Assembly (NCBI RefSeq): GCF_003790525.1
Contig: NZ_CP033635.1
Length of the DNA: 64,000 bases
Reading direction: 5' to 3' (one strand)
Source of the DNA: Escherichia coli
GTDB taxonomy: Bacteria > Pseudomonadota > Gammaproteobacteria > Enterobacterales > Enterobacteriaceae
Shown here: positions 52,305 to 63,491 of the stretch, piece after piece
How positions within the stretch are numbered: the stretch's first letter is position 1
Layout of the letters: each line of letters opens with the position of its first letter
The notes under the pieces: model-generated
The model's input: the letters and a program-made list of their open reading frames with translations, nothing else
Databases searched by the model: none
Told to the model about the DNA's origin: nothing
Made by a program: the position numbers and the translations under genes

Positions 52305-54851
52305 TCACGAAAAATACTGCTGTAATAGCGGCGTGTCGTGATCCTGATTGGCAGGCGGCATGTTGCCAATCGATTTGGTGCGGAACGGAATCACCTGTTC
52401 ACGACCATCAACCTTCACAATCTGATAGAACTGCGGCAGGTTGAAGTTGATGAAGCTTGAGCCGTAGGTAAAACGGTCGTGCGATGACGAGTAGAAGCGA
52501 CTGACGTCACGCACCAGCTCCTCTTTGCTGCCTTCGCAGTGGTGATACACCTCAACCCGGTTGCTTTCGTCGAGAATGTAGATATTAAAGCCATTCTCGT
52601 CTTGCGTTTCTTCGAAGAAGAACTGGATGATCCCTTCGCTGGCAAAGCCGTCCACCACCGCCGGTAATTTGACGTGATTGGTTTCAACCTGCACTGACAG
52701 GCCGTGCAGTTTGTTATGCGAAATAGCGCCATAAAACTCGATGGCATTTTCTAGTTTCTGTACCGATACATTCAGGCGTTCGAAGAATAAGCCCCAGGTT
52801 TGACCAGAAACGCGCAGCGCCTTGAAACGTCCGGTTTCCTGGCGGGTGCTGGAAAGACGCAGTTCAATGCACTCAGAAACCAGTTGCTGCACGCGAGTAC
52901 GGATTAATCCGCGCAGATGCTGGCTATAACAGAAGACTTCCACGCTATCTGGCGGTGCGGCGTCCTGATGCATTTTACCGAGAATGGTTTTCAGGGCTTC
53001 GATCATCGACTGCTCGCCGTTGAAGTGCAACGTACGCACTTCGTTCCACGAGTTGCGGTACAGCAGGTCCACGCTACCTACCAGGCAATTTTGATTCTCG
53101 CCAAAGCTGAAGACGTCCAGCTTACGGAAATCAAAATGCACCACCTGATTGCGGAACGCAGCTGTCGGGTCATATTCCAGGTTAACGATAATCGCCAGAT
53201 GGCGAATCTCACATGGGCTGTAGAGCGCTTTTGGCGTCGGTGCAGGCAGGCGCAGCGGGAAATGGTGCGACACGTCGGCGACCATCTCCTGCAACTTAGG
53301 CAAATCGACAATGCCGTTGCCTTTAATATACAAGCGGGTGCGCGAGGTCAGCAGGCCGTTAAACCATGCCCACGCCACCAGTTTATTCAGGTAACGGTTA
53401 TATTCCAGCGGCTGATGGCTGATGATCGACTCAATATTTGGCGCGCGGTTATACAGATACCAACCTGAACGGTTAGCCCGGCCCGGCGGCACATAAATAA
53501 AGGTCAGATTCGGTTCCGAGAGATCGGGCGAAATCTGCGGGTTTACCAGCGTCACTTTACCTGGCAATGCTTCAAACGCGGCGTACAGCTTACGTGTCAG
53601 CACGCCGATATCCTGCGGGCTGGCGGAGACGCTAAGGTTATTGCGGCGCGCAAAGCGGATCAGATTACGGTAGCTCTGCATCATCGCGTCGAGCAGCTCG
53701 TTGTGCGCCTCACGCACCTGATCAATCTTCCAGTTGGCGCGGTTATCGAGCATTGCCAGACGCGCATCGTCCCATTCCCACTCTTTCACTAACTGGGTTA
53801 GCACTTCACGACGCCAGCCTACGCAAGCGCGTTCGCGGCTGAGTTTTTCGCACACTTTTAAATAGAAGCAGCGGCGTACTAAATCCAGACGGGTGAAATC
53901 TTCAATCGCCGTCAGGTATTCCGTAACACGCTCCAGCATCATGCAGTATGGATCGAGGCCAAACGACACAATCTCGCCGTCGTGCAAACGCTGTTTGATA
54001 TCTTTCGCCAGCAGGCGTGGGTTGGGATATTCCCAGGAATAGGCTTCCAATAGCAGTGTTTTCAGCACCGCTTTGTATGGGGAATCGATACTCTTGTAGA
54101 GCTGCCAAAGGCTGGCACCAAAGTACTCTTCAGCAGAAAGCGAGCTTAAGCCACCAAGATCCAGCCATTCATTAGGAGTAAGCACGCCCTGCGCGTAAAG
54201 CGTCATCACATAGTCGTCGTAATGCTCTTCTTCGTCGCACGGCACCATATTCCACAGAATACGCTTACCGGCGAGACGCACGGCGGTACGATAAAATTCG
54301 TCAAGCAGCAGTATATGCTGGGTGGAGCCACAATCTTCGCCCCCCAGGCTGCCGCTTTCATTATGACGGAAGCGATTTTCATCAATCAGGAAGAAGCTGA
54401 CTTCCACACCCAGCGAGGCGGCCCAGCTTTCCAGCAGACTACATTTACGTTGTAGTAACTGGCGCTCTTCGCTATCGAGCCAGGATTGATGACAGACCCA
54501 GATATCCAGGTCAGAGGAACAACTTTGCCCTACGGACGAGGTGCTGCCCATGGTGTATACACCAGTAATTGGAAGCTCACCTTTCGGCGGATCCTGTACT
54601 GACATTCCACGATACAGTTCAAGCTCGTTCAGGTAGTGGCGTTGAGTTTCATCAGGCGTGTAAAGGCAAATGCCTTTGGGAACGTTACCATCAAGGTAAC
54701 CCGGCATTAGCGGATGGTGATAGTGCAACAATGTCGGCAGTAGACTGTAGACCTGTTGGAATGCAGGCCCCATAGCAGCAAGCGCGCGATCCACACGCAA
54801 TTGATTTATGGCATCCAGTCTCTGTTTCAGAGTCTCAATATAGAGGTACAA
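52305..54851 (-). CDS. cyaA: Class I adenylate cyclase CyaA (TTG start)
   Basis: 848 aa starting (M)[28 protein letters not shown]. The codon at 54849-54851 is caa on the plus strand, i.e. TTG, consistent with the known TTG initiation of cyaA. Confidence 0.97.
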   Translation of the reverse strand: MYLYIETLKQRLDAINQLRVDRALAAMGPAFQQVYSLLPTLLHYHHPLMPGYLDGNVPKGICLYTPDETQRHYLNELELYRGMSVQDPPKGELPITGVYTMGSTSSVGQSCSSDLDIWVCHQSWLDSEERQLLQRKCSLLESWAASLGVEVSFFLIDENRFRHNESGSLGGEDCGSTQHILLLDEFYRTAVRLAGKRILWNMVPCDEEEHYDDYVMTLYAQGVLTPNEWLDLGGLSSLSAEEYFGASLWQLYKSIDSPYKAVLKTLLLEAYSWEYPNPRLLAKDIKQRLHDGEIVSFGLDPYCMMLERVTEYLTAIEDFTRLDLVRRCFYLKVCEKLSRERACVGWRREVLTQLVKEWEWDDARLAMLDNRANWKIDQVREAHNELLDAMMQSYRNLIRFARRNNLSVSASPQDIGVLTRKLYAAFEALPGKVTLVNPQISPDLSEPNLTFIYVPPGRANRSGWYLYNRAPNIESIISHQPLEYNRYLNKLVAWAWFNGLLTSRTRLYIKGNGIVDLPKLQEMVADVSHHFPLRLPAPTPKALYSPCEIRHLAIIVNLEYDPTAAFRNQVVHFDFRKLDVFSFGENQNCLVGSVDLLYRNSWNEVRTLHFNGEQSMIEALKTILGKMHQDAAPPDSVEVFCYSQHLRGLIRTRVQQLVSECIELRLSSTRQETGRFKALRVSGQTWGLFFERLNVSVQKLENAIEFYGAISHNKLHGLSVQVETNHVKLPAVVDGFASEGIIQFFFEETQDENGFNIYILDESNRVEVYHHCEGSKEELVRDVSRFYSSSHDRFTYGSSFINFNLPQFYQIVKVDGREQVIPFRTKSIGNMPPANQDHDTPLLQQYFS

Positions 54852-55004
54852 GACGTATCGCCTGATTTGCTACCCGTCATGACTGTGATTCCGCCAACAT
54901 CAACGGTAACACGCGGCATTCGGGATATTTCGTATGTCAAAGGTAACCGTTACCACTTTTCGCGCCTGGTTTTTTTAGTTTCACGACGAAAAAATGGTCT
55001 AAAA

Positions 55005-55020
55005 CGTGATCAATTTAACA
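55005..55020. promoter_or_regulatory. CRP-like site in the cyaA promoter/leader region
   Basis: CGTGA-TCAATT-TAACA compared with TGTGA-N6-TCACA. cyaA P2 is known to be repressed by cAMP-CRP. Placement relative to the TSS is not verifiable here. Confidence 0.4.
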
Positions 55021-55237
55021 CCTTGCTGATTGACCGTAAAGAAAGATGCGCTACATACAAGTGTAGCACCGTTTATTCTCTGTAAATTCCTTATTACGAC
55101 GGCGTGAAACGCCTGTCAGGATCCACTGCCAGACCTCATTTTACGGTTTGCGCAGGCGTCTACGTTTCACCACAACACTGACATCGCTCTGGCAAGGATG
55201 TTAGGATGGACCACGGATGATAATGACGGTAACAAGC

Positions 55238-56179
55238 ATGTTAGACAATGTTTTAAGAATTGCCACACGCCAAAGCCCACTTGCACTCTGGCAGGCACAC
55301 TATGTCAAAGACAAGTTGATGGCGAGCCATCCGGGCCTGGTCGTTGAACTGGTACCGATGGTGACGCGCGGCGATGTGATTCTTGATACGCCGCTGGCGA
55401 AAGTAGGCGGAAAAGGCTTATTTGTTAAAGAGCTGGAAGTCGCGCTCCTGGAGAATCGCGCCGATATCGCCGTACATTCAATGAAAGATGTGCCGGTTGA
55501 ATTCCCGCAAGGTCTGGGGCTGGTCACCATTTGCGAGCGTGAAGATCCTCGCGATGCCTTTGTGTCCAATAACTATGAAAGTCTGGATGCGTTACCGGCA
55601 GGCAGTATCGTCGGGACGTCCAGTTTACGTCGCCAGTGCCAACTGGCTGAACGCCGCCCGGATCTGATTATCCGCTCCCTGCGCGGCAACGTCGGCACTC
55701 GCCTGAGTAAACTGGATAACGGCGAATACGATGCCATCATTCTTGCCGTAGCCGGACTAAAACGTTTAGGTCTGGAGTCCCGCATTCGCGCCGCATTGCC
55801 ACCCGAGATTTCTCTTCCGGCGGTAGGACAAGGTGCGGTGGGTATTGAATGCCGCCTTGATGATTCTCGCACTCGCGAGCTGCTTGCCGCGCTGAATCAC
55901 CACGAAACTGCACTGCGCGTTACCGCAGAACGCGCCATGAATACCCGTCTCGAAGGCGGATGTCAGGTGCCAATTGGTAGCTACGCCGAGCTTATTGATG
56001 GCGAAATCTGGCTGCGTGCGCTGGTCGGCGCGCCGGACGGTTCGCAGATTATTCGCGGTGAACGCCGCGGTGCGCCGCAAGATGCCGAACAAATGGGGAT
56101 TTCGCTGGCAGAAGAGCTACTGAATAACGGCGCGCGCGAGATCCTCGCTGAAGTCTATAACGGAGACGCCCCGGCATGA
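55238..56179 (+). CDS. hemC: Porphobilinogen deaminase HemC
   Basis: The Met at 55238 ([20 protein letters not shown]...) gives 313 aa. The stop overlaps the hemD start (ATGA). Confidence 0.97.
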   Translation: MLDNVLRIATRQSPLALWQAHYVKDKLMASHPGLVVELVPMVTRGDVILDTPLAKVGGKGLFVKELEVALLENRADIAVHSMKDVPVEFPQGLGLVTICEREDPRDAFVSNNYESLDALPAGSIVGTSSLRRQCQLAERRPDLIIRSLRGNVGTRLSKLDNGEYDAIILAVAGLKRLGLESRIRAALPPEISLPAVGQGAVGIECRLDDSRTRELLAALNHHETALRVTAERAMNTRLEGGCQVPIGSYAELIDGEIWLRALVGAPDGSQIIRGERRGAPQDAEQMGISLAEELLNNGAREILAEVYNGDAPA

Positions 56180-56916
56180 GTATCCTGGTCACCCGCCCGT
56201 CTCCCGCTGGAGAAGAGTTAGTGAGCCGTCTGCGCACACTGGGGCAGGTGGCCTGGCATTTTCCGCTGATTGAGTTTTCTCCGGGTCGACAATTACCGCA
56301 ACTTGCTGATCAACTGGCAGCGCTGGGGGAGAGCGATCTGTTGTTTGCCCTCTCGCAACACGCGGTTGCTTTTGCCCAATCACAGCTACATCAGCAAGAT
56401 CGTAAATGGCCCCGATTACCTGATTATTTCGCCATTGGACGCACCACCGCACTGGCATTACATACCGTAAGCGGACAGAAGATTCTCTACCCGCAGGATC
56501 GGGAAATCAGCGAAGTCTTGCTACAATTACCTGAATTACAAAATATTGCGGGCAAACGTGCGCTGATATTACGTGGCAATGGCGGTCGTGAGCTAATTGG
56601 GGATTCCCTGACGGCGCGCGGTGCTGAGGTCACTTTTTGTGAATGTTATCAACGATGCGCAATCCATTACGATGGTGCAGAAGAAGCGATGCGCTGGCAA
56701 TCCCGCGAGGTGACGACGGTCGTTGTTACCAGCGGTGAAATGTTGCAGCAACTCTGGTCGCTGATCCCACAATGGTATCGTGAGCACTGGTTACTACGCT
56801 GTCGACTATTGGTCGTCAGTGAGCGTTTGGCGAAACTCGCCCGGGAACTGGGCTGGCAAGACATTAAGGTCGCCGATAACGCTGACAACGATGCGCTTTT
56901 ACGGGCATTACAATAA
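56176..56916 (+). CDS. hemD: Uroporphyrinogen-III synthase HemD
   Basis: 246 aa starting [34 protein letters not shown]. Confidence 0.96.
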   Translation: MSILVTRPSPAGEELVSRLRTLGQVAWHFPLIEFSPGRQLPQLADQLAALGESDLLFALSQHAVAFAQSQLHQQDRKWPRLPDYFAIGRTTALALHTVSGQKILYPQDREISEVLLQLPELQNIAGKRALILRGNGGRELIGDSLTARGAEVTFCECYQRCAIHYDGAEEAMRWQSREVTTVVVTSGEMLQQLWSLIPQWYREHWLLRCRLLVVSERLAKLARELGWQDIKVADNADNDALLRALQ

Positions 56917-56937
56917 CTCTCATAACAGGAAGCCATA

Positions 56938-58131
56938 ATGACGGAACAAGAAAAAACCTCCGCCGTGGTTGAAGAGACCAGGGAGGCCGTGGACACCACG
57001 TCACAACCTGTCGCAACAGAAAAAAAGAGTAAGAACAATACCGCATTGATTCTCAGCGCGGTGGCTATCGCTATTGCTCTGGCGGCGGGCGTCGGTTTGT
57101 ATGGCTGGGGTAAACAACAGGCCGTCAATCAGACTGCCACCAGCGATGCCCTGGCTAACCAACTTACTGCACTGCAAAAAGCCCAGGAGAGCCAAAAAGC
57201 CGAGCTGGAAGGCATTATCAAGCAACAAGCTGTACAGCTTGAGCAGGCGAATCGTCAGCAAGAAACGCTGGCAAAACAGCTGGATGAAGTCCAACAAAAG
57301 GTCGCCACCATTTCCGGCAGCGATGCTAAAACCTGGCTGCTGGCTCAGGCTGATTTCCTGGTGAAACTCGCCGGACGGAAGCTGTGGAGCGATCAGGACG
57401 TCACGACCGCTGCAGCGTTGCTGAAAAGTGCAGACGCCAGCCTGGCGGATATGAATGACCCGAGTCTGATTACCGTTCGCCGGGCAATTACCGATGATAT
57501 CGCCAGCCTTTCTGCGGTATCGCAGGTGGATTATGACGGCATTATCCTTAAGCTTAATCAGCTTTCAAATCAGGTAGATAACCTGCGTCTTGCTGATAAT
57601 GATAGCGATGGTTCGCCGATGGATTCCGACGGTGAAGAGCTTTCCAGTTCCATCAGCGAATGGCGTATCAATCTGCAAAAAAGCTGGCAGAACTTTATGG
57701 ACAACTTCATTACGATTCGCCGTCGTGATGACACCGCCGTACCGCTGTTAGCGCCAAATCAGGATATCTATCTGCGCGAAAATATTCGCTCTCGCCTGCT
57801 GGTCGCAGCACAAGCTGTACCGCGTCACCAGGAAGAGACTTATCGCCAGGCGCTGGAGAACGTCTCCACCTGGGTACGTGCTTACTACGATACTGATGAT
57901 GCCACCACCAAAGCGTTCCTCGACGAGGTGGACCAGTTAAGCCAGCAAAATATCTCGATGGATCTTCCGGAAACCCTGCAAAGCCAGGCGATGCTGGAAA
58001 AATTGATGCAGACCCGCGTGCGTAACCTGCTGGCACAACCGGCAGCAGGGACAACGGAAGCTAAACCTGCACCTGCACCTGCACCTGCACCGCAAGCTGA
58101 TACTCCGGCAGCCGCGCCGCAAGGAGAATAA
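56938..58131 (+). CDS. hemX: HemX membrane protein (putative uroporphyrinogen-III C-methyltransferase-family annotation)
   Basis: 397 aa with a TM segment ([22 protein letters not shown]), a coiled-coil region and a Pro/Ala-rich C-terminus. Confidence 0.93.
   Translation: MTEQEKTSAVVEETREAVDTTSQPVATEKKSKNNTALILSAVAIAIALAAGVGLYGWGKQQAVNQTATSDALANQLTALQKAQESQKAELEGIIKQQAVQLEQANRQQETLAKQLDEVQQKVATISGSDAKTWLLAQADFLVKLAGRKLWSDQDVTTAAALLKSADASLADMNDPSLITVRRAITDDIASLSAVSQVDYDGIILKLNQLSNQVDNLRLADNDSDGSPMDSDGEELSSSISEWRINLQKSWQNFMDNFITIRRRDDTAVPLLAPNQDIYLRENIRSRLLVAAQAVPRHQEETYRQALENVSTWVRAYYDTDDATTKAFLDEVDQLSQQNISMDLPETLQSQAMLEKLMQTRVRNLLAQPAAGTTEAKPAPAPAPAPQADTPAAAPQGE
58066..58089 (+). repeat. Hexanucleotide tandem repeat (CCTGCA)x4 encoding (PA)n in hemX
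   Basis: Four perfect CCTGCA units run from 58066 to 58089, followed by CC. They translate to PAPAPAPAP. Confidence 0.95.
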
Positions 58132-58133
58132 CC

Positions 58134-59330
58134 ATGCTAAAAGTGTTATTGCTCTTTGTTTTGCTGATTGCGGGGATCGTGGTTGGCCCGATGATTGCCG
58201 GTCATCAGGGGTACGTATTGATTCAGACCGACAACTACAATATCGAAACCAGCGTCACTGGCCTCGCGATTATTTTGATTCTGGCGATGGTAGTGCTGTT
58301 TGCCATTGAGTGGCTACTGCGGCGGATCTTCCGCACAGGCGCGCACACCCGTGGGTGGTTTGTCGGACGTAAGCGTCGCCGTGCCCGTAAGCAGACCGAA
58401 CAGGCGCTGCTGAAACTAGCGGAAGGCGATTATCAGCAAGTTGAAAAGCTGATGGCGAAAAATGCCGATCACGCTGAACAACCGGTGGTGAACTATCTGC
58501 TGGCTGCCGAAGCCGCGCAACAACGCGGTGATGAAGCACGCGCCAACCAACATCTGGAACGCGCAGCGGAGCTGGCCGGCAACGACACAATTCCGGTAGA
58601 AATCACCCGTGTACGTCTGCAACTGGCCCGTAATGAAAACCATGCTGCACGCCACGGCGTGGATAAGCTGCTGGAAGTTACGCCACGCCATCCGGAAGTA
58701 TTACGTCTGGCGGAACAGGCGTATATCCGCACTGGTGCATGGAGTTCGCTGCTGGATATCATCCCATCAATGGCGAAAGCCCACGTTGGCGATGAAGAAC
58801 ATCGTGCAATGCTGGAACAACAGGCATGGATTGGCCTGATGGATCAGGCGCGTGCCGATAACGGTAGCGAAGGTTTGCGTAACTGGTGGAAAAACCAAAG
58901 CCGGAAAACGCGTCATCAGGTGGCGTTACAGGTGGCAATGGCGGAACACCTTATTGAGTGTGATGACCATGACACCGCCCAGCAAATTATCATCGACGGC
59001 CTGAAACGCCAGTATGACGATCGCCTGCTGCTGCCGATCCCGCGTCTGAAAACCAATAACCCGGAACAGCTGGAAAAAGTGCTGCGCCAACAGATCAAAA
59101 ACGTGGGCGATCGCCCGTTGTTGTGGAGCACACTGGGTCAGTCGCTGATGAAGCACGGCGAATGGCAGGAAGCATCGCTCGCCTTCCGCGCGGCGCTGAA
59201 ACAACGTCCGGACGCCTACGATTACGCATGGCTTGCCGACGCGCTGGACAGACTGCACAAACCGGAAGAAGCCGCAGCGATGCGTCGCGATGGCTTGATG
59301 CTGACCTTACAGAATAACCCGTCACAGTAG
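58134..59330 (+). CDS. hemY: HemY (TPR-containing inner-membrane protein)
   Basis: 398 aa starting MLKVLLLFVLLIAGIVVGPMIAGHQGYVLIQ. Starts 2 nt after the hemX stop. Confidence 0.96.
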   Translation: MLKVLLLFVLLIAGIVVGPMIAGHQGYVLIQTDNYNIETSVTGLAIILILAMVVLFAIEWLLRRIFRTGAHTRGWFVGRKRRRARKQTEQALLKLAEGDYQQVEKLMAKNADHAEQPVVNYLLAAEAAQQRGDEARANQHLERAAELAGNDTIPVEITRVRLQLARNENHAARHGVDKLLEVTPRHPEVLRLAEQAYIRTGAWSSLLDIIPSMAKAHVGDEEHRAMLEQQAWIGLMDQARADNGSEGLRNWWKNQSRKTRHQVALQVAMAEHLIECDDHDTAQQIIIDGLKRQYDDRLLLPIPRLKTNNPEQLEKVLRQQIKNVGDRPLLWSTLGQSLMKHGEWQEASLAFRAALKQRPDAYDYAWLADALDRLHKPEEAAAMRRDGLMLTLQNNPSQ

Positions 59331-59340
59331 TTCTTTCTCA

Positions 59341-59362
59341 CCCGGAGGCAAGCACCTCCGGG
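59341..59362 (+). terminator. Stem-loop after hemY (weak terminator)
   Basis: CCCGGAGG (59341-59348), a 6-nt loop, CCTCCGGG (59355-59362), followed by a short ACCTTTCT tract. Confidence 0.5.
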
Positions 59363-59376
59363 ACCTTTCTGATACA

Positions 59377-59584
59377 TAAAAAAACGCCTGCTCTTATTAC
59401 GGAGCAGGCGTTAAAACAGGTCTGTATGACAACAAGTGGGTGCTTCACTCAACGTTGTGTCCATGGTGTCTGATGAGGCATAAGCGACATCTGTCAGTGG
59501 ACGATAAGCACCGTAAACGGCTCTGCGTCATTCCGGAGTTTATGAGGCACTAAGGCGAACATAAGAGATGGAATGAGCATCTAC
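59377..59584 (-). ncRNA. glmZ: GlmZ small RNA (SraJ/RyiA), activator of glmS translation
   Basis: The minus strand reads GTAGATGCTCATTCCATCTCTTATGTTCGCCTTAGTGCCTCATAAACTCCGG...ACGCCTGCTCcgtaataaGAGCAGGCGTTTTTTTT, which matches the GlmZ sequence I recall. The terminator stem is 59384-59393 / 59402-59411 with a U-run at 59377-59383. Its location between hemY and aslA agrees with K-12. Confidence 0.9.
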
Positions 59585-59590
59585 TCGTTT

Positions 59591-59599
59591 ATTATGCCA
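59591..59599 (-). promoter_or_regulatory. Extended -10 promoter element of glmZ
   Basis: The minus strand reads TGGCATAAT (TGn + CATAAT), with the hexamer ending 6 nt upstream of the inferred 5' end (59584). No good -35 or sigma-54 -12 element was seen. Confidence 0.5.
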
Positions 59600-59993
59600 C
59601 AGAGAACCGGGAAATAACATCCCTTAACACTTGTTATGAGATAATTCTGTAATCCTCTTTGCTTCCTGAGTGAATATTTCTCCTGCGCACGATTCTACAC
59701 ATATATATAATGAATAATAAAATTCATTCAATTAATAACATATATATTAATTGCCGTTAAAACTAAAAACAGCATCAATAATCAACGCGATATAACATCA
59801 CCGCCTTACATATCACCTGCGCCAGAGGTAGGATTGAAAACGCTCTCCTGATTTTCCAATTCATTTTCTGGATAAATAAATAATTTATTTTTATCACTAT
59901 TATTTATGCAATCATCCTGTCAGGGAGAGGGATCTCAATTATCAATGCTTAATTACGTCAACATTTTGACGACATGAAACCGGAGCATTTTGC

Positions 59994-61649
59994 ATGGAAT
60001 TTTCGTTTTCACCCAAACTTCTTGTTGTAGCTGTCGCCGCCGCTCTTCCACTCATGGCCAACGCAGCAGATACCCCGTCAACCGCCACCGCACGCAAAGG
60101 CTTTGCCGGATACGATCACCCAAACCAGTATCTGGTTAAACCGGCGACCACTATTGCCGACAACATGATGCCGGTGATGCAGCATCCTGCACAAGACAAA
60201 GAAACCCAGCAGAAGCTGGCAGAACTTGAGAAAAAAACCGGTAAGAAACCGAACGTGGTTGTTTTCTTGCTGGATGATGTGGGCTGGATGGATGTTGGCT
60301 TTAACGGCGGCGGCGTGGCGGTGGGTAACCCTACACCAGATATCGACGCCGTTGCCAGCCAGGGGCTGATTTTAACTTCGGCGTATTCTCAACCGAGTTC
60401 TTCCCCAACCCGCGCCACGATTCTTACCGGACAATACTCCATCCACCACGGCATTCTGATGCCGCCAATGTACGGGCAACCGGGCGGTCTGCAAGGGTTA
60501 ACCACTCTGCCGCAGTTGCTGCACGATCAGGGCTACGTCACTCAGGCCATCGGGAAATGGCATATGGGGGAAAACAAAGAGTCGCAGCCGCAGAACGTTG
60601 GCTTTGATGATTTCCGCGGCTTTAACTCGGTATCCGATATGTATACCGAATGGCGTGATGTTCACGTCAACCCGGAAGTCGCCCTGAGCCCGGATCGTTC
60701 TGAATACATCCAAAAACTGCCGTTCAGCAAAGATGACGTTCATGCCGTGCGCGGCGGTGAACAGGAAGCCATTGCCGACATTACGCCGAAATATATGGAA
60801 GACCTGGATCAACGCTGGATGGAATATGGCGTTAAGTTCCTCGACAAGATGGCGAAGAGCGATAAGCCTTTCTTCCTCTACTACTGCACTCGCGGCTGTC
60901 ACTTCGATAACTACCCAAATGCGAAATATGCGGGTAGCTCTCCGGCGCGCACCTCTTACGGCGACTGCATGGTGGAGATGAACGATATCTTCGCCAATCT
61001 GTATAAAGCACTGGAGAAAAACGGTCAGCTTGATAACACGCTGATTGTGTTCACCTCTGATAACGGTCCGGAAGCCGAAGTTCCGCCGCACGGTCGCACG
61101 CCGTTCCGCGGTGCGAAAGGTTCTACATGGGAAGGCGGCGTTCGTGTGCCAACCTTCGTTTACTGGAAAGGCATGATCCAACCGCGTAAATCTGACGGCA
61201 TTGTCGATCTGGCGGATCTCTTCCCTACGGCGCTGGATCTGGCGGGGCATCCTGGGGCGAAGGTAGCGAATTTAGTACCGAAAACCACCTTTATCGATGG
61301 TGTGGACCAGACATCTTTCTTCCTGGGAACAAATGGTCAGTCTAACCGTAAGGCCGAGCACTACTTCCTCAACGGTAAACTTTCTGCTGTGCGTATGGAT
61401 GAGTTCAAGTATCACGTCCTGATCCAGCAACCGTACGCGTATACCCAGAGCGGGTATCAGGGTGGATTCACCGGCACAGTAATGCAAACGGCGGGATCGT
61501 CGGTGTTTAACCTGTACACCGATCCGCAGGAAAGCGACTCCATCGGCGTGCGCCATATTCCGATGGGTGTACCGCTACAGACCGAAATGCACGCGTATAT
61601 GGAGATCCTGAAAAAATATCCACCACGCGCGCAGATTAAATCTGACTAA
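59994..61649 (+). CDS. aslA: Arylsulfatase-like protein AslA
   Basis: 551 aa with a signal peptide (…LPLMANA|AD) and the sulfatase signature region [15 protein letters not shown] (Ser-type FGly motif SxPxR). Confidence 0.95.
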   Translation: MEFSFSPKLLVVAVAAALPLMANAADTPSTATARKGFAGYDHPNQYLVKPATTIADNMMPVMQHPAQDKETQQKLAELEKKTGKKPNVVVFLLDDVGWMDVGFNGGGVAVGNPTPDIDAVASQGLILTSAYSQPSSSPTRATILTGQYSIHHGILMPPMYGQPGGLQGLTTLPQLLHDQGYVTQAIGKWHMGENKESQPQNVGFDDFRGFNSVSDMYTEWRDVHVNPEVALSPDRSEYIQKLPFSKDDVHAVRGGEQEAIADITPKYMEDLDQRWMEYGVKFLDKMAKSDKPFFLYYCTRGCHFDNYPNAKYAGSSPARTSYGDCMVEMNDIFANLYKALEKNGQLDNTLIVFTSDNGPEAEVPPHGRTPFRGAKGSTWEGGVRVPTFVYWKGMIQPRKSDGIVDLADLFPTALDLAGHPGAKVANLVPKTTFIDGVDQTSFFLGTNGQSNRKAEHYFLNGKLSAVRMDEFKYHVLIQQPYAYTQSGYQGGFTGTVMQTAGSSVFNLYTDPQESDSIGVRHIPMGVPLQTEMHAYMEILKKYPPRAQIKSD

Positions 61650-61676
61650 GCCGGCGCTATCGCTGAGATCTGCCTT

Positions 61677-61782
61677 TGCCGGATGCGATGCTGACGCATC
61701 TTATCCAGCCTACAGAACGCTGCAATTTATTGAATTTGCAAGGATTGTAGGCCGGATAAGGCGTTCACGCCGCATCCGGCAA
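61677..61782. repeat. BIME: two inverted REP elements between aslA and aslB
   Basis: tgccggatgcgatgctgacgcatcttatccagcctaca (61677-61714) and tgtaggccggataaggcgttcacgccgcatccggcaa (61746-61782), in opposite orientation. Confidence 0.85.
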
Positions 61783-61806
61783 TCAACCGCAGGCGGCCGC
61801 CGATTT

Positions 61807-63042
61807 CTACTTATTCACCACCATCAAATGCGCCTGCATAATGTCGCTGGCCGGACGACCGTGCGCCAGCAAATCAGCCATTGCTTTAAGATATGGCGGT
61901 AGATGGCGGAAATAACGCTGATACCCGGCACACAAATAATTCAGCCCCGGTTTGCCGCTGGCATCGAGCATAAAGCGGTGTTTCGGGCAGCCTCCCCAAC
62001 ATGCTTTTAACACGTTACAACTGCGACACTGCGCTGGTAACTGCTTAAATTTATCTTCACCAAACACCTGCTGTTGCGGGGAATCTACCATTTCTGCAAT
62101 TGTCTGCTGAAGCATATTCCCCAGTCGATATTGCGAATAAACATAGTGATCGCAGGCGTAAACGTCGCCGTTGTGTTCAACAATCACCGAGCGCCCACAG
62201 GTTGGCTGATGATGGCAAACCGCTCCTGGCGCACCGACAAAATTGGCAAACGCCCATTCGATATTCATCACGAAAATCTTGCCGACGTCGCGTTTGATCC
62301 AGTGGTCGAATATCGCCACCAAAAATTCACCGAACTCATCGGGGCGTACCGACCATTCCGTCAGTTCGCCCTGAATATCGCCGGGAGCATGTAGCTTAAG
62401 TCCAGCATGAACAGCCGTTTCATCAGCCAGGCGTTCGACCACAGGAATAAACTGGATAAACTCAACGCCTGCATCACACAGAAAATCATAGACTTGCAAA
62501 GGTTGTAACGCACTGGTGCGATTTACGCAGACCAGCACGTTATAGTTGACATGATGTTTTTGCAGGAGCGTCAGGGCACGCATCACCAGCTTATGCGTTG
62601 GTCTGCCGCCTTTGGTCACGCGATATTGATTGTGGATCTCAGCCGGACCATCCAGCGATAACCCAACAAGAAAATGATTTTCTGCCAGAAATGCACACCA
62701 TTCGTCATCAAGCAGAACGCCGTTAGTCTGGAAGCTGTTACTTATCTTCCTGCCAGCACCATATTTCGCCTGTAGCGCCACGGCACGGCGGTAAAAATCC
62801 AGCCCGAGTAACGTTGGTTCGCCACCCTGCCAGGTAAAAGCCACTTCGTTTTGGGTTTCGCTGGCAGCGATATAGTGACGGACATACGCTTCCAGCGTGT
62901 CATCGTCCATATGCGTGACTGGCTTTTCGCGGTAAAGGGATTGTTTTTCGAGATAAAAACAGTAGTCACAGTTCAGATTACAATCGGAACCGCTCGGTTT
63001 CGCCATCACATGAAAAGCACGCGTTGGAACCTGTTGCAGCAT
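61807..63042 (-). CDS. aslB: Anaerobic sulfatase-maturating radical-SAM enzyme homologue AslB
   Basis: The Met at 63042 (MLQQVPTRAFHVMAKPSGSDCNLNCDYCFY) gives 411 aa, with a CxxxCxxC radical-SAM cluster motif plus C-terminal SPASM cysteines. Confidence 0.94.
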   Translation of the reverse strand: MLQQVPTRAFHVMAKPSGSDCNLNCDYCFYLEKQSLYREKPVTHMDDDTLEAYVRHYIAASETQNEVAFTWQGGEPTLLGLDFYRRAVALQAKYGAGRKISNSFQTNGVLLDDEWCAFLAENHFLVGLSLDGPAEIHNQYRVTKGGRPTHKLVMRALTLLQKHHVNYNVLVCVNRTSALQPLQVYDFLCDAGVEFIQFIPVVERLADETAVHAGLKLHAPGDIQGELTEWSVRPDEFGEFLVAIFDHWIKRDVGKIFVMNIEWAFANFVGAPGAVCHHQPTCGRSVIVEHNGDVYACDHYVYSQYRLGNMLQQTIAEMVDSPQQQVFGEDKFKQLPAQCRSCNVLKACWGGCPKHRFMLDASGKPGLNYLCAGYQRYFRHLPPYLKAMADLLAHGRPASDIMQAHLMVVNK

Positions 63043-63188
63043 GGTCGCTCCTTGCCTGAAGTCATCCTTCAATAAGTTAAGGGCGAAATCATACCGTGGC
63101 GCAATGCGTTATTACGGGCGTTTATTGCGAAGGGAAAGTGACGAAATGCACAGAAAACAAAAAACCCCGCCGAAGCGGGGTTCAAAAT

Positions 63189-63265
63189 TGGTCGGCGAGA
63201 GAGGATTCGAACCTCCGACCCACTGGTCCCAAACCAGTTGCGCTACCAAGCTGCGCTACTCGCCG
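63189..63265 (-). tRNA. proM: tRNA-Pro (UGG)
   Basis: The reverse complement gives CGGCGAGTAGCGCAGCTTGGTAGCGCAACTGGTTTGGGACCAGTGGGTCGGAGGTTCGAATCCTCTCTCGCCGACCA. 77 nt with anticodon-loop TTTGGGA and an encoded CCA. Confidence 0.97.
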
Positions 63266-63307
63266 AAATACTGCTTTTTGAATTTTTAGTTCAATTCTTT
63301 AAAGTCG

Positions 63308-63394
63308 TGGTGCGAGGGGGGGGACTTGAACCCCCACGTCCGTAAGGACACTAACACCTGAAGCTAGCGCGTCTACCAATTCCGCCACCTTCGC
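63308..63394 (-). tRNA. leuT: tRNA-Leu (CAG)
   Basis: The reverse complement gives GCGAAGGTGGCGGAATTGGTAGACGCGCTAGCTTCAGGTGTTAGTGTCCTTACGGACGTGGGGGTTCAAGTCCCCCCCCTCGCACCA. 87 nt, class II with a long variable arm. Confidence 0.97.
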
Positions 63395-63414
63395 ATTGTC
63401 ACAACTTCTAATAA

Positions 63415-63491
63415 TGGGGTGGCTAATGGGATTCGAACCCACGACAACTGGAATCACAATCCAGGGCTCTACCAACTGAGCTATAGCCACC
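63415..63491 (-). tRNA. hisR: tRNA-His (GUG)
   Basis: The reverse complement gives GGTGGCTATAGCTCAGTTGGTAGAGCCCTGGATTGTGATTCCAGTTGTCGTGGGTTCGAATCCCATTAGCCACCCCA. It includes the His-specific extra 5' G(-1). Confidence 0.97.

Noticed and set aside
58066-58089. Checked whether the short tandem repeats or the REP clusters (2998-3109, 35907-35939, 61677-61782) could be CRISPR arrays
   Set aside because: The units are 6 nt (in-frame, coding) or are classic REP palindromes without regularly spaced unique spacers, and there are no cas genes. I saw no CRISPR array anywhere in the window.
59585-59760. Search for a sigma-54 promoter (TGGCAC-N5-TTGC) and TGTC-N10-GACA GlrR sites upstream of glmZ; the same search was made upstream of island 2 (20604-20859)
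   Set aside because: TGGCAT occurs at the glmZ -10 region, but no GC -12 element lies at the right spacing and I found no GlrR-type repeats. Nothing resembling -24/-12 was seen upstream of island 2. No sigma-54 call is made.
60498-61250. 250-aa minus-strand ORF inside aslA
   Set aside because: It is antisense to a well-supported sulfatase gene. There is no independent evidence for it, and its composition is typical of a shadow ORF.
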